Origin: Chthonomonadaceae bacterium
GTDB taxonomy: Bacteria; Armatimonadota; Chthonomonadetes; Chthonomonadales; Chthonomonadaceae
DNA length: 39,483 bases
Assembly (NCBI GenBank): GCA_035650735.1
Contig: DASRGZ010000010.1
Location: 1-39,483, forward strand
Direction: 5' to 3'
How positions within the stretch are numbered: the stretch's first letter is position 1; each line of letters opens with the position of its first letter. Position numbers and translations under genes: made by a program. This document shows positions 6,769 to 17,044 of the stretch, in pieces. Below the pieces are notes generated by a model. It ran no database searches. It was not told the origin of the DNA and saw only the letters and a list, made by a program, of their open reading frames with translations.

Positions 6769-7734
6769 ATGAGACTGCGTCCCTTTGCGCGTTTGCTGCC
6801 GAGTTGGGCCGTCGCCCTGGGCCTGCTGGCCGGCCCGGTATTGCCCGTATCTGCCCAGGGATTGCGTTTTCGCGGGATGTCCGGGGGCTTTCGCTTTGCG
6901 CAGCGCCCCGTATTTTCTGGTGGGGCCTTCTTCCGGCCCCGATTTTCGACCTTCTCCCTGCGCTTCAATACGGGCGGATTTCATTTTGGCTTCCATCGGC
7001 ACTTCCACCGCCACTTCTTCTCTTACCCGTACTTCGATTACTCGTACCTCTATACGTATCCGCTCTATACGTATAGCTACTACCCGTTCTATCCGTTCTA
7101 CAGCGAGCCCTACTCCAGCTACTACAGCCCGTCCTATCCCAGCCAGACGACCTACATTATCCCGGTGCCGATCTATCTGGGTGAGAGGGAGGCTCCGCCG
7201 CGCTCGGTAGGGCCGCGCTCCGAGGAGCGCCAAGCTCCCGCGCCGCCTTCCACAGAACCGCGCTCTGAAGAGCGCAAGACACCCCCGCCTTCGACAGAGC
7301 CGGGCCCCGAGGAGGAGAGCGATTACTATCTCTACAAACCCCCCAGGCGCTCCGCGGTGCCCTCGCAGGAGCCGGGCCTGAAGCAGGCGATCTCGGAGAT
7401 CGAGACGGCGTTCCGCAACGGCGATATCGTCCCGTTAGAGCGGCATATCCTCCCGACGAAGACGCTGACGGTTACGGCGCGTGGGCGCGCTCCCTATTCT
7501 CTGACGGGACGCGCCTACCTGGATCAGACGCGAGCGGCCTTCAAGGAGATGGGAACCGTCCGCTACGACCTGGATCAGGTCGAGCCTGCCGGAGAGAATG
7601 CCTGGTCGGTATCGGGCACCCATGTCCTGCGCAGCAAGGAGGGCAAGACGCAGCAGTTCCGCGTCGGCTTTGTGCTCAAGAAACAGGGCGATACCTGGAT
7701 TATTACTGAGGCAAGCGCGGCCCCGATCCGATAG
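6769..7734 (+). CDS. Secreted hypothetical protein: F/H/Y-rich low-complexity region, Pro/Glu linker, C-terminal NTF2-like domain
   Basis: RBS GGAGGT before ATG 6769; signal peptide ending VSA-Q; C-terminus FVLKKQGDTWII is typical of NTF2/DUF4440 folds. Confidence 0.75.
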   Translation: MRLRPFARLLPSWAVALGLLAGPVLPVSAQGLRFRGMSGGFRFAQRPVFSGGAFFRPRFSTFSLRFNTGGFHFGFHRHFHRHFFSYPYFDYSYLYTYPLYTYSYYPFYPFYSEPYSSYYSPSYPSQTTYIIPVPIYLGEREAPPRSVGPRSEERQAPAPPSTEPRSEERKTPPPSTEPGPEEESDYYLYKPPRRSAVPSQEPGLKQAISEIETAFRNGDIVPLERHILPTKTLTVTARGRAPYSLTGRAYLDQTRAAFKEMGTVRYDLDQVEPAGENAWSVSGTHVLRSKEGKTQQFRVGFVLKKQGDTWIITEASAAPIR

Positions 7735-7756
7735 CAGCCACAACCAGAAGCGAACA

Positions 7757-7788
7757 ACGGACGAGGGCCGTTATCATCCCTCGTCCGT
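7757..7788. terminator. Hairpin between convergent genes
   Basis: ACGGACGAGGG, 10-nt loop, CCCTCGTCCGT (11-bp stem). Confidence 0.55.
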
Positions 7789-7808
7789 CAAGCCAGATTA
7801 GGCGAGTC

Positions 7809-8969
7809 TCAGGCGGTTGCGGCCAGCAAAGGCGAGCCTTCCGGGACGCCTTGGGGCAGGAGCCGATACTGGGTGGTGCGGCGCATGGGCGTGTAGCCCG
7901 CTTCACGGATAAGCCGCTCGATCTCCTCGATGGGCATGGTGAAGGCGCACCCGGCGGAGGAGACGACGTTCTCCTCCATCATAGTGCTGCCGAAATCGTT
8001 GAGGCCGTAGCGGAGGGCGACCTGGGCCACCTTCGGCCCCTGCGTTACCCAGGACGCCTGCATGTGCGGGATGTTGTCCAGCATCAGGCGGCTGACCGCC
8101 ACCGTCCGCAGATAGTCAAAGGCGGAGGCGCGCTCTCCCTGCAATTCCGTGCCGTCCGGCTGGAACGACCAGGGAATGAAGGCCGTAAAGCCGCCTGTTT
8201 CGTCCTGTAACTGCCGCGTTTTCACCAGGTGCTCGATCCGGTCTTCCACCGTATCCACCGATCCGTACATCATCGTGACGGTCGTGCGCAGGCCCGCTTT
8301 GTGCGCCTCGCGCATACAGTGGAGCCATTCCTCGGCGGTGTCTTTGTAGGGGGAGATGATCTCGCGCACGCGGTCGGTCAGGATCTCGGCGCCGCCGCCG
8401 GGCACGCTGTCGAGTCCCGCCGCCTTTAAGCGCTGGAACATCGCGGCCAGGGAGAGCTTACTGATCTTGGCGATATAGATGAGTTCGGCAGGCGAGAAGG
8501 CATGTAGGATGACGCCATAAGCGCCGAATCGCTCCTTGATGGCGTGCAGGAGGTCTTCGTACCATTCGATCTTGAGCTTGGGGTTTAGGCCGCCCTGCAT
8601 TAAAATCTCAATGCCGCCCAGATCCACCATCTGCTGAATTTTGTCGAAAATCTGCTCGCGGGTGAGGACATAGCCCTCCTCGTGGCCCGGCACACGATAG
8701 AAGGCACAGAATTTGCAGCGCACCCAGCAGACATTGGTGTAGTTGATGTTGCGCCCGACGACGTAGGTGACGATGTGGTTGGTGTCGGGATGGAGCCGCT
8801 CGCGCACATGGTTGGCCAGAAAGGCCAGTTCCGGCAGATTGGGGTGGTGGAACAGGCGCAGGCCGTCTTCGGCGGTCAACCGTTCGTTGGCGAACACCTT
8901 ATCGGCGATGTCGTCAATGTTGCGTCTTAGATCACGTTCCAGGAGCGCCATCTGTCTCTCCTCTGTCAC
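7809..8969 (-). CDS. mqnC: Cyclic dehypoxanthine futalosine synthase (radical SAM, CofH/MqnC family)
   Basis: RNINYTNVCWVRCKFCAF, SVPGGGAEIL, TGGFTAFIPW, SWVTQG, NDFGSTMMEENVV. Confidence 0.88.
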   Translation of the reverse strand: MTEERQMALLERDLRRNIDDIADKVFANERLTAEDGLRLFHHPNLPELAFLANHVRERLHPDTNHIVTYVVGRNINYTNVCWVRCKFCAFYRVPGHEEGYVLTREQIFDKIQQMVDLGGIEILMQGGLNPKLKIEWYEDLLHAIKERFGAYGVILHAFSPAELIYIAKISKLSLAAMFQRLKAAGLDSVPGGGAEILTDRVREIISPYKDTAEEWLHCMREAHKAGLRTTVTMMYGSVDTVEDRIEHLVKTRQLQDETGGFTAFIPWSFQPDGTELQGERASAFDYLRTVAVSRLMLDNIPHMQASWVTQGPKVAQVALRYGLNDFGSTMMEENVVSSAGCAFTMPIEEIERLIREAGYTPMRRTTQYRLLPQGVPEGSPLLAATA

Positions 8970-9143
8970 ACAGGGACAGGCCGTTTTCGCCCGCTCTTGC
9001 CTCCATTATACCCCACGCGCCTATGCCGCAAGAGACGGAAGGAACCTGGGCTTCCGCGCGGGAATTGCGCCGCCGAAAATAGAGTATACTTCTTCCTAAC
9101 GAAGATTCAGATAACGTCGAAATTCAGAGAGGAGCCTATTTCA

Positions 9144-10202
9144 TTGCGCGAAGAATCGTTTGCGTTTCTCAAAAAGCTGGTAGATACGCCGGGGCCGTCC
9201 GGTTATGAGCAGCAGGTACAGAAGGTTTTCCGGGAGCAGGTGCGCTCCTATGTGGAGGATGTCAGCACCGACATCATGGGCAACGTCATCGCCATCAAAA
9301 ATCCCGAAGGCCGTCCGCGTGTGATGCTGGCTGGCCACTCAGACGAGATCGGGTTCATCGTCCGCTATATTAACGAGGACGGTTTCCTCTACTTCGGCCA
9401 GATCGGCGGGCATGACGTCATTGTCACCGTTGGCCAGCGCGTCTACGTGCATACCAAGAATGGGCCTATTCTGGGCGTGCTGGGCCGCAAGGCCATCCAT
9501 CTGCTGGAGCAGGACGAGCGCAGCAAAGTCCCCAACATCAACGACCTCTGGATCGATATCGGCGCGGGCAGCAAGAAAGAGGCCGAGGAGCTGGTCGAGA
9601 TAGGGGACTGTATCACCTATGCCCAGGATCTGCAGCGGCTGCAAGGCGAGCGCGCCACCGCGCGCAGCTTCGACAACAAGATGGGCTGCTATATAGTGGC
9701 CGAAGCGCTGCGCCTGCTGGCGGACAGGCGGCTCTCCTGCGGCGTCTATGGCGTGGCGACCGTGCAGGAAGAGGTCGGCCTGCGCGGGGCGCGCACGTCC
9801 GCTTTCGGCATTGATCCGCTCGTGGGCCTGGCGGTGGATGTCGGTCACGCGATGGACTATCCAGGCGCAGATAAGAAGCGGGTCGGCGATGTCAAGCTCG
9901 GCGGCGGACCGATCATCGCGCGGGGCGCCAACATCAACCCGAAGGTCTTCGGGTTGCTCATCCAGACCGCCAAGGATCTGGAGATACCCTACCAGATCGA
10001 GGCGGCGCCGGGCGGAACGGGCACGGACGCCAACGCCATGCAGATCAGCCGGGCAGGCATGGCGACGGGCTTGATCTCGGTGCCGCTGCGCTACATGCAC
10101 ACGCCCTGCGAGGTCATGTCTCTGGACGATATCGAGAATTCGGCACGACTGATGGCCGGTTTCGTCGAGCGCGTCACCCCCGATATAGACTGGATCCCCT
10201 GA
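9144..10202 (+). CDS. M42 family metallopeptidase (TET aminopeptidase-like)
   Basis: PGPSGYE, MLAGHSDEIG, FDNK, TVQEEVGLRGA, GTGTDA, RYMHTP; TTG 9144 follows RBS GAGGAG. Confidence 0.92.
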   Translation: MREESFAFLKKLVDTPGPSGYEQQVQKVFREQVRSYVEDVSTDIMGNVIAIKNPEGRPRVMLAGHSDEIGFIVRYINEDGFLYFGQIGGHDVIVTVGQRVYVHTKNGPILGVLGRKAIHLLEQDERSKVPNINDLWIDIGAGSKKEAEELVEIGDCITYAQDLQRLQGERATARSFDNKMGCYIVAEALRLLADRRLSCGVYGVATVQEEVGLRGARTSAFGIDPLVGLAVDVGHAMDYPGADKKRVGDVKLGGGPIIARGANINPKVFGLLIQTAKDLEIPYQIEAAPGGTGTDANAMQISRAGMATGLISVPLRYMHTPCEVMSLDDIENSARLMAGFVERVTPDIDWIP

Positions 10203-10424
10203 GGGGCAGTAACTACTATCACCTTGTCACAAAATAGGGCAGGAGAAACGGGCGCCCGAAGCCAATTAGGCTAAGGGGCCTGCGCAAATGCGCTCTCCTG
10301 CCCATGCGCGTTTTCCGTTATACCCTCGGCGCCAAAAAGGACCACAGAAGCGTGGATTGGCTTGCGTGGTCCTCCGGAAAGCGGGTAGGCGCAGCCGATA
10401 ATTCCCTGCGACCTGGCAAACTCT

Positions 10425-10506
10425 GGTAATCCCTCCCAACGGTGTGGACGTATCTCCTCAGCAGCAGGCTGCGTGAGATTGATCCACACGGCTGGGAGTG
10501 TCTACC
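10425..10506. mobile_element. 82-bp MITE with IS1-like ends, copy 2
   Basis: One mismatch to 6593-6674; flanks CAAACTCT (10417-10424) / CAAACTCC (10507-10514). Confidence 0.85.
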
Positions 10507-10548
10507 CAAACTCCTGTGCCAACGTTATAAAGATCAGGGAGGACATCT

Positions 10549-11904
10549 TTGGCCCGAATCAATCCGCTTGTTCGCTATACGCTCTGCCTGGCGCTGCTCG
10601 GCCTGACCCTGGTGGCGGGGATCTATCTTCTCAAGCATAGTCGGGCGATGTTTCTCGGTCAGGATGGACGGGCGCTCTTTTATGGCGCGCGCCTGATCTG
10701 GCAAGGCAAGAACCCCTACGACGATCCCGCGATTGTGGCGGAGTGGAGGCGGGATGGGAGTCCGGGGCTATTCCGGCCGGGGCTGCCCGCGAGCGTCTAT
10801 ATCTACCCGCCCGCCTTTGCCCTGCTGATGGCGCCCGTGCTCTGGATGCCGGGCCGCCTGGGCATTCCCGCGCTGATAGGGCTGAGCTTTCTAGCGCTGC
10901 TTGGGCTCCTGCTGCTGCTGTTCAAGACGGCCAGAGCGCCCTGGAGCCGGGAACTGCGCCTGGGGTTTGTCCTCTTCGCGCTGCTGATGCGGCCCGTCTT
11001 CCACGTGCTGATCTTTGGGCAATCCACGCTGCTGATCGGTGCGCTGCTGGCAGCGGGCCTCTATGCGCTTTCGCGGCGGCGGGAAGGATGGGCGGGCCTC
11101 TGGATGGGGCTGGCGCTGATGAAGTTCACGCTGGCGCTGCCCTTTGTGATGGTCCTGGCGCTGCGCCGCCACTGGCGCGCGGCGTGCGTGGCCGTGGCGG
11201 TGTTTGCCGGCCTGAACCTGATCTTTACGCTGCCTATCGGCCTGCCGACCGCGCTTGCCGGCTACGAGCACGTGATCGCCGTGACGACCGCCCCCAATCA
11301 GTCCAACGATTCCGCCGGCTCAACGCTCTGGGATAACGCCTACAACATGGTCCATGCCAAGCGCTTCCTCTATTTTGTGCTGGGACCCAATCGCCCACTG
11401 GTGGAGCGGCTGCACCTGGCGCTGGCGGCGCTGGCGGTGGGATTGTTGGCGTTTGCGCTGCGGCCCCGCCCGAACAAGGAGCCGGCCTTTGCCAACCCGC
11501 TGGAGATCGGCCTGACAACGGCCGCCGGCCTGATTCTCTTCTACCACCGCTACTACGACCTGGCCTGCCTGCTGTTTGTGGCGTTTGGCCTGATAGAATA
11601 TCGTCTGCGCTGGCCGCGTCGGCAGCCTGTGGCCTGGACTCTGGCGGCCCTCACGACGCTGGCGCTCTCCTTCGATTCCGTGAGCACCAGTGGCAGCCTG
11701 GCTCCCCGTCTGGCCGCGCTGCTGGCCCGGTTCGGCATCCTGCCGTTCGGCTATTACAATTCGGGATTGTTGTTGTTCCTGTTCGGAACGCTTCTGTGGA
11801 TGAACTATCGAGATCGCGCTTACGACCGTCATACGACGGTTATCGAGGAACCGGACACCGAGGCGGTTGTGGAGGAACCGGCGCGCGCGGCGGTCTCGAC
11901 CTGA
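10549..11904 (+). CDS. GT-C membrane glycosyltransferase, GT87/DUF2029-like
   Basis: Polytopic; D...FY.GA, NPYD, YIYPP, FGQ, LMK and H.YYD motifs. Confidence 0.8.
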   Translation: MARINPLVRYTLCLALLGLTLVAGIYLLKHSRAMFLGQDGRALFYGARLIWQGKNPYDDPAIVAEWRRDGSPGLFRPGLPASVYIYPPAFALLMAPVLWMPGRLGIPALIGLSFLALLGLLLLLFKTARAPWSRELRLGFVLFALLMRPVFHVLIFGQSTLLIGALLAAGLYALSRRREGWAGLWMGLALMKFTLALPFVMVLALRRHWRAACVAVAVFAGLNLIFTLPIGLPTALAGYEHVIAVTTAPNQSNDSAGSTLWDNAYNMVHAKRFLYFVLGPNRPLVERLHLALAALAVGLLAFALRPRPNKEPAFANPLEIGLTTAAGLILFYHRYYDLACLLFVAFGLIEYRLRWPRRQPVAWTLAALTTLALSFDSVSTSGSLAPRLAALLARFGILPFGYYNSGLLLFLFGTLLWMNYRDRAYDRHTTVIEEPDTEAVVEEPARAAVST

Positions 11905-11920
11905 GAGGGCTTCGCTTCCT

Positions 11921-13486
11921 ATGTTTCCCCGCAAGCTCGCGGTTCCCATTGCGATTCTGGCGCTGCTTGCCGTCGTGGTGCAGGTGTATGCGACGCGCGG
12001 AGGCATTCACATCGCCGCCGACTCGGTCAACTACATCGGCGCCGCGCGGCATCTGCTCCTGGGCGAGGGCTTGCAGGATGTCATCCTGACGCTGGACGGC
12101 AAGCCCATGCCGCTGACCCATTTCCCGCCGCTCTATCCCCTGCTGCTGGCCGGGATCGGGCTGTCGGGAATAGAGATTCCCACGGCGGCGCGCTGGCTGA
12201 ACAGCCTGCTGTTTGGCGTCAACGTCGGCCTGGTCGGGCTGCTCGTGGCCCATTACACGCGCCGCTCCCCGTTCTTCACGCTGCTGGGCGCGTTTTTTAT
12301 GCTGGCGTCCGTGGATATGCTCACCATTCATTCGGTCGCCTTCACGGAGCCGCTGTTTATCTGCCTGACGCTGCTCACCCTGTGGCTGCTGGCGCTCTAT
12401 CTGGAGAGGCCGCGCTGGACGCTGCTGCTGGGGGCGGCAGGCTGCGCCGCCTGCGCGCTGCTGACGCGGTACGTGGGCGTAGCGCTGATCGCGGCGGGCG
12501 CTCTGGGGATCTGGTGCCTGAGCTGCGCGGCGCTGCGGCAGAAGCTCCAGGAGATCGGGCTTTATGTCGGGGTCGCTGTTTTCCCGATGGCTCTGTGGGC
12601 GATCCATAACAAGCTCGCCGGGGGAAACGCGACAGATAGAAAGGCCGGGTTCTATGCCTTCCCTGAAGAGAATCTCCGGCTGGGGCTAAAAACCATCGGA
12701 ACCTGGCTGGTGCCGGGCAGGGTGGCCGGTATCTTCAGCGGCCTGCTGGTACTGGCGTGCATTATCGGCTTGATCGTATGGCATCGCCGACTTGCGCGGC
12801 AGCAGGAGCGCCCAACGCGAGCAGCGCCGCGCCCGCTCCGGGCGCTGCCCGGTTTGCTTATCCTTTACCTGGCGGTCTACAGCGCGACCCTGATTACCTC
12901 GATCCGCTTCTTCGATCCCCTGACGGCGCTCGACCTACGCATTCTATCGCCGATCTATGTGGGAACGCTTCTCCTGGTACTCTGCCTCGCCTATGACCTG
13001 GTTTCCTGGAGCGACGCGCGCCGGGCCTCGGCCGCCGTCTGCGCTATCGGCCTGCTGCTGGTCGCCAAGCATCTAGCCGGGGCCGTGCTTTGGGGCGTAA
13101 AGACCCGGCACGGCGAGGGCGTCGGCTATGAGAGCGCCGCGCTGCGCCAATCCCGGATCATCAGCCGACTAGAGACGCTGCCGCCAACCACGCGCATCTT
13201 CTCGAACGGCCCGGACACGATCTATATATTGACCGGCAGACTGGCCTCCTACCTTCCCTATAAAACGCGCTCCGGTTATCTTTCGGATGTGGCCGTGATG
13301 GCCCGCCAGTTGGCCGCCCAACGCGGCGTCATTATCTATCTGAATCCGGACGTCTTCATGGAGCCCGAGATCAGCCTGCAATCGCGGCAGCGTGCCATTG
13401 TCCTGCCGCAAGACCTGACAGCGGTGATGCCGCTGCATCTGCTGGCCTTAGAGCCAGAGGGCGCGATCTACCAGTTGGGAAACTAA
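11921..13486 (+). CDS. GT-C membrane glycosyltransferase, ArnT/PMT (GT39/83)-like
   Basis: DSVNY...ARHL, HFPPLYPLLLA, FTEPLF, LTRYVG; polytopic. Confidence 0.8.
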   Translation: MFPRKLAVPIAILALLAVVVQVYATRGGIHIAADSVNYIGAARHLLLGEGLQDVILTLDGKPMPLTHFPPLYPLLLAGIGLSGIEIPTAARWLNSLLFGVNVGLVGLLVAHYTRRSPFFTLLGAFFMLASVDMLTIHSVAFTEPLFICLTLLTLWLLALYLERPRWTLLLGAAGCAACALLTRYVGVALIAAGALGIWCLSCAALRQKLQEIGLYVGVAVFPMALWAIHNKLAGGNATDRKAGFYAFPEENLRLGLKTIGTWLVPGRVAGIFSGLLVLACIIGLIVWHRRLARQQERPTRAAPRPLRALPGLLILYLAVYSATLITSIRFFDPLTALDLRILSPIYVGTLLLVLCLAYDLVSWSDARRASAAVCAIGLLLVAKHLAGAVLWGVKTRHGEGVGYESAALRQSRIISRLETLPPTTRIFSNGPDTIYILTGRLASYLPYKTRSGYLSDVAVMARQLAAQRGVIIYLNPDVFMEPEISLQSRQRAIVLPQDLTAVMPLHLLALEPEGAIYQLGN

Positions 13487-13504
13487 TTTCCTTTCGTATC
13501 CTGA

Positions 13505-13534
13505 GCGCCCATCCCTTTATGGGTGGGCGGCAAG
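13505..13534. repeat. Single REP-like hairpin related to the 5032-5317 family
   Basis: GCCCATCCC-TTTAT-GGGTGGGC followed by GGCAAG, compare GCCCACTCG-TTTA-CGGGTGGGC near 5292-5313. Confidence 0.55.
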
Positions 13535-13553
13535 AAGTTACCGTGCACACTTT

Positions 13554-15086
13554 ATGAAGGTCATGACGGAAAAACGAAAGCGTCCCCTCCGGCTGCTGCT
13601 GGCGCTGCTGCCGTTATTCGCTCTGCTGGGCGATGGGCCGACCGGAGCGCAGAGGCCGCCCTCGGTGCGGGCGCGTATCTTGCTGGCAACCGTCAGCGCC
13701 AACTACCGGGACGGACTGGAGCGCCTGGCCCGTGAGTACGAGCGCCTGCATCCGGAGATTGAGGTTAAGGTTCAGGTACAGCCTTCCAACGGCTACGAGA
13801 CCTGGCTGCGAACGCAGATCGGCTCCGGCTCGGATTCGGCCCCGGATATATACAACGTCAACTACACGGCAGGCTTCTATGAGCGCGGCCTGCTGGTCAA
13901 CCTCACGCCGTTTCTGGCGAAGGTCAACCCCTATACCGGCAAGCCCTGGCGCGACAATCTGGACGCGCAGTTTCTGGAAAAGTACAAGATCGGCGGGGAT
14001 GTTGCCTCTATTCCCCTGGACTTCATTGAGATCGCTTTCTTTTATAACAAGAACATCTTCGACCGCCTGGGCCTGAAGCCGCCACGCACCTGGGAGGAGA
14101 TGATCGCCGGGGCGGAGAGGATACGCAGGGCGGGCTATATTCCGTTCGCCGTTCCCGGTGACGCCGATTCCTACTGGTCGGGAACGGTGGGGTGGGTGTT
14201 CCGCTTCGTCACCGATGCCTACATGCGCGACCGCGTGCCTCTGGTGCTGTCGCAGCCGGGCGATTGGGACTACGACGCGCGGCGCAATGCCCATTTCCGG
14301 CTGAACTTGACGGACCCCTATAATGATGCTACGGTCGTGGTCAGCCCGGAGCGGTTCCTGGCGGCGATGCGGGACGGCGTGATCCGCGTGGACGGCGAGC
14401 GTTTTCGAGAAGCCTACCAGAAGATCGCGGAGTTTGCGCGGTACTGGGAGCGCGGCTTCAACGGCACGAGCGCCAATTCCGCCTATCAGTTGTTCCTGAC
14501 GCAGAAGGCGGCGATGATGATCAACACCTCCACGACCATCGCGCAGCTTGACCGGGACATGGGCGACCTCTATCCGCAAGACCGCTTCCACTGGGACGTG
14601 TTTCCCATCCCGCCGATGACGCAGTCGCGCTTCCACATTCCGCCGTTCCGGGGCGTAGGCGGGGCGGGCGTGGTCTGGGGCGTGGTGAAGAAAAGTCCGG
14701 AACAGGTCGCCCGTGTGGTAGACTTCCTGATGTACACAACGACCCCGCACGCTGGACAGGTCCTGGTGGAGGAGGCGGTGAAGGCGAAGCAGCCCATCAA
14801 CGGCCCGCTGCTGATTCCGGGCGCGAAACTGCCGGAGGTAATGGAGCGGCACTTTGCGGCGTTTCGCGGGCGCGGCTTCGAGAAGCTGAGCTTCCGAGGA
14901 CTAAACGACGAGCAGGAGTCGGTGTGGAAATGGACGGTCTGGGCGCAGCGGTATCTGGATGGGCGCGTCTCGCTGGACGAGTGCCTGTCGCGCTATGAGG
15001 CCCTGATGCAGGAGGCTGTGCCGCGCGTCGTCCACACCATGAACTACGACATGAACCCGGCCACGAAAGACCGACCGCGTTCTTAA
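13554..15086 (+). CDS. Carbohydrate ABC transporter substrate-binding protein
   Basis: Signal peptide; YERLHPEIEVKV, APDI, FFYNKNIFDRLGLKPPRTWEE, FLTQKAAM. Confidence 0.9.
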   Translation: MKVMTEKRKRPLRLLLALLPLFALLGDGPTGAQRPPSVRARILLATVSANYRDGLERLAREYERLHPEIEVKVQVQPSNGYETWLRTQIGSGSDSAPDIYNVNYTAGFYERGLLVNLTPFLAKVNPYTGKPWRDNLDAQFLEKYKIGGDVASIPLDFIEIAFFYNKNIFDRLGLKPPRTWEEMIAGAERIRRAGYIPFAVPGDADSYWSGTVGWVFRFVTDAYMRDRVPLVLSQPGDWDYDARRNAHFRLNLTDPYNDATVVVSPERFLAAMRDGVIRVDGERFREAYQKIAEFARYWERGFNGTSANSAYQLFLTQKAAMMINTSTTIAQLDRDMGDLYPQDRFHWDVFPIPPMTQSRFHIPPFRGVGGAGVVWGVVKKSPEQVARVVDFLMYTTTPHAGQVLVEEAVKAKQPINGPLLIPGAKLPEVMERHFAAFRGRGFEKLSFRGLNDEQESVWKWTVWAQRYLDGRVSLDECLSRYEALMQEAVPRVVHTMNYDMNPATKDRPRS

Positions 15087-15101
15087 ATAGGAGAAATACG
15101 T

Positions 15102-16091
15102 ATGCTTTGTTTTGGTCTTCGCGGCCAATCTATGCGCCGAATCTGCCGCCGAATCGTTCCCTGGTTCACGGCGGCGATGGTTCTCTCTTTGCTGTTTGGC
15201 TGCCAGAGTCAGCGGGCCTCTTCGGCAGAAACCGTGACCGCAGGCAGCGCGCTGTCTGTCCAGAGCCGTCCCTTGCCCGCCCTCGTCCCGGCGCAGAAGA
15301 TCGAGCCGGGCATCGTCGTCCATGAGGTCTCGCTGCCGCGCGGCCAGAGGACGAGCAAGGTCTGGATTTACCTGCCGGAAAAACCGGCTGCCGGAAAGCT
15401 GCCCGTTGTGCTGATCGCCCCGGCGGGGAGCCGCATGTTTCATGGGATGGCGCTAGGCGAGGGAGATCGCCCTGAACATCTACCTTACGTTCGCGCCGGG
15501 TTTGCCGTCGTCGCCTATGAGATAGACGGCAACGTCGGCGACCATCCAGACGAACAGGAGATTCTGGCGGCGGCACGCGCGTTTAAGAGCGCGGAGGCCG
15601 GGCTAGCCAATGCGCGCGCGGCGCTGAACTATGCGCTGGCGAAAGTGCCGAACCTCGATCCCACGCGCATCTATACGGCAGGCCATAGCTCGGCAGCAAC
15701 GACCTCGCTGCTGGTTGCGGAAAACGAGCCGCGCGTTCAAGCCTGCATCGCCTATGCTCCGGTGTGCAATGTCGTGAAGTTTCTGGGCGACAGAGTTATT
15801 AATATGTTTGACCAGAGGATTCCCGGATTCGGCGACTTTATCAATCGCACCTCGCCGGACACACATATCCAGAAGCTGCGCTGCCCGGTCTTTCTCTTCC
15901 ACGCGGACGATGACTCCGTCGTCTCCACAGAGGAGGTCGCCACCTTTGCCGAGGAACTCAAAAAGACAAATCCGAACGTGACATTCGTGCAGGTTCCCAC
16001 CGGCGATCATTACGAGTCGATGATTCAGCAGGGAATACCGAAAGCCATCGCCTGGCTCAAAAGCCTTCCCGCAAAAAGCGCCGCTCGGTAA
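15102..16091 (+). CDS. Alpha/beta hydrolase (S9/dienelactone hydrolase-like), probable lipoprotein
   Basis: Lipobox LLFG-C; DPTRIYTAGHSSAA, PVFLFHADDDSVV, GDHY. Confidence 0.85.
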   Translation: MLCFGLRGQSMRRICRRIVPWFTAAMVLSLLFGCQSQRASSAETVTAGSALSVQSRPLPALVPAQKIEPGIVVHEVSLPRGQRTSKVWIYLPEKPAAGKLPVVLIAPAGSRMFHGMALGEGDRPEHLPYVRAGFAVVAYEIDGNVGDHPDEQEILAAARAFKSAEAGLANARAALNYALAKVPNLDPTRIYTAGHSSAATTSLLVAENEPRVQACIAYAPVCNVVKFLGDRVINMFDQRIPGFGDFINRTSPDTHIQKLRCPVFLFHADDDSVVSTEEVATFAEELKKTNPNVTFVQVPTGDHYESMIQQGIPKAIAWLKSLPAKSAAR

Positions 16092-16144
16092 TTGGCCCCA
16101 AGATGAACAAGAGCTGACCTTCTGCCCGGCTCTCCAGGAAAACG

Positions 16145-17032
16145 ATGCTACGACTGATCTGGCGATACAGGCTCTCGTACCTGTTTCTGCTGCCGACCTT
16201 TCTGTTCCTGGCCGTGTTCAACTACTTCCCGGCTCTCTCCGGGCTGTATCACGCCTTCACGGAATGGGAGACGGGCAGCAGCGCGCGCTTCATCGGCTTG
16301 GAGAACTTCCGGCGCATGGCGCAGGACGAGTTCCTGCGGCTCAGCATCGTTAATCAAGTCTGGCTTTTGGTCGCAAACTTGCTCAAAACCCTGGTCGTAC
16401 CGCTGGCGGTGGCGGAGATGCTATTCCATCTGCGGTCGCGCCGCGTGCAGTACGTCCTGCGGACGCTGTTTCTCGTGCCGATGGTTGTGCCGGGGATGGT
16501 GGGCGTGCTGCTGTGGGGATTCATCTACGACCCCAACATCGGCCTGCTCAACAACGCGCTTACCGCCATCGGCCTCAAGGGGCTGACGCGGGCCTGGCTC
16601 GGCGACTGGCATACGGCGCTGCCCGCGCTCGTCGGCGTCGGCTTCCCCTGGATCGGCGGGCTGGCCCTGCTGATCTACCTGGCGGGGCTGATGTCCATTC
16701 CGCAGGACGTGCGCGACTCCAGCGCGGTAGATGGCGCGTCGGACTGGCGGCGCTTTTGGGCCATAGACCTGCCGCTGCTGCGCGGACAGATGAAACTGCT
16801 GGCCGTGCTGACCATCATCGGCACGTTACAGGATTTCGGCAGCATCCTGGTCTTAACGGGTGGCGGGCCGGGCCTGGCGACGCACGTGCCCGCGCTGCAT
16901 ATGTATTACCAGGCGTTCCGGTTCGGGCACTATGGCTACGCCTCCGCAATCGGGTTCGTGCTGTTTCTGGTGATCCTGGCGTTCACGGTGGCGAACATGA
17001 AGCTGGCGCAGTCGGCAGTCGAACTGGGGTGA
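16145..17032 (+). CDS. Carbohydrate ABC transporter permease 1
   Basis: FIGLENF, YLAGLMSIP..DSSAVDGAS (EAA-like loop), LTGGGPG, YGYASA. Confidence 0.93.
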   Translation: MLRLIWRYRLSYLFLLPTFLFLAVFNYFPALSGLYHAFTEWETGSSARFIGLENFRRMAQDEFLRLSIVNQVWLLVANLLKTLVVPLAVAEMLFHLRSRRVQYVLRTLFLVPMVVPGMVGVLLWGFIYDPNIGLLNNALTAIGLKGLTRAWLGDWHTALPALVGVGFPWIGGLALLIYLAGLMSIPQDVRDSSAVDGASDWRRFWAIDLPLLRGQMKLLAVLTIIGTLQDFGSILVLTGGGPGLATHVPALHMYYQAFRFGHYGYASAIGFVLFLVILAFTVANMKLAQSAVELG

Positions 17033-17044
17033 GCATGGCCGTTC

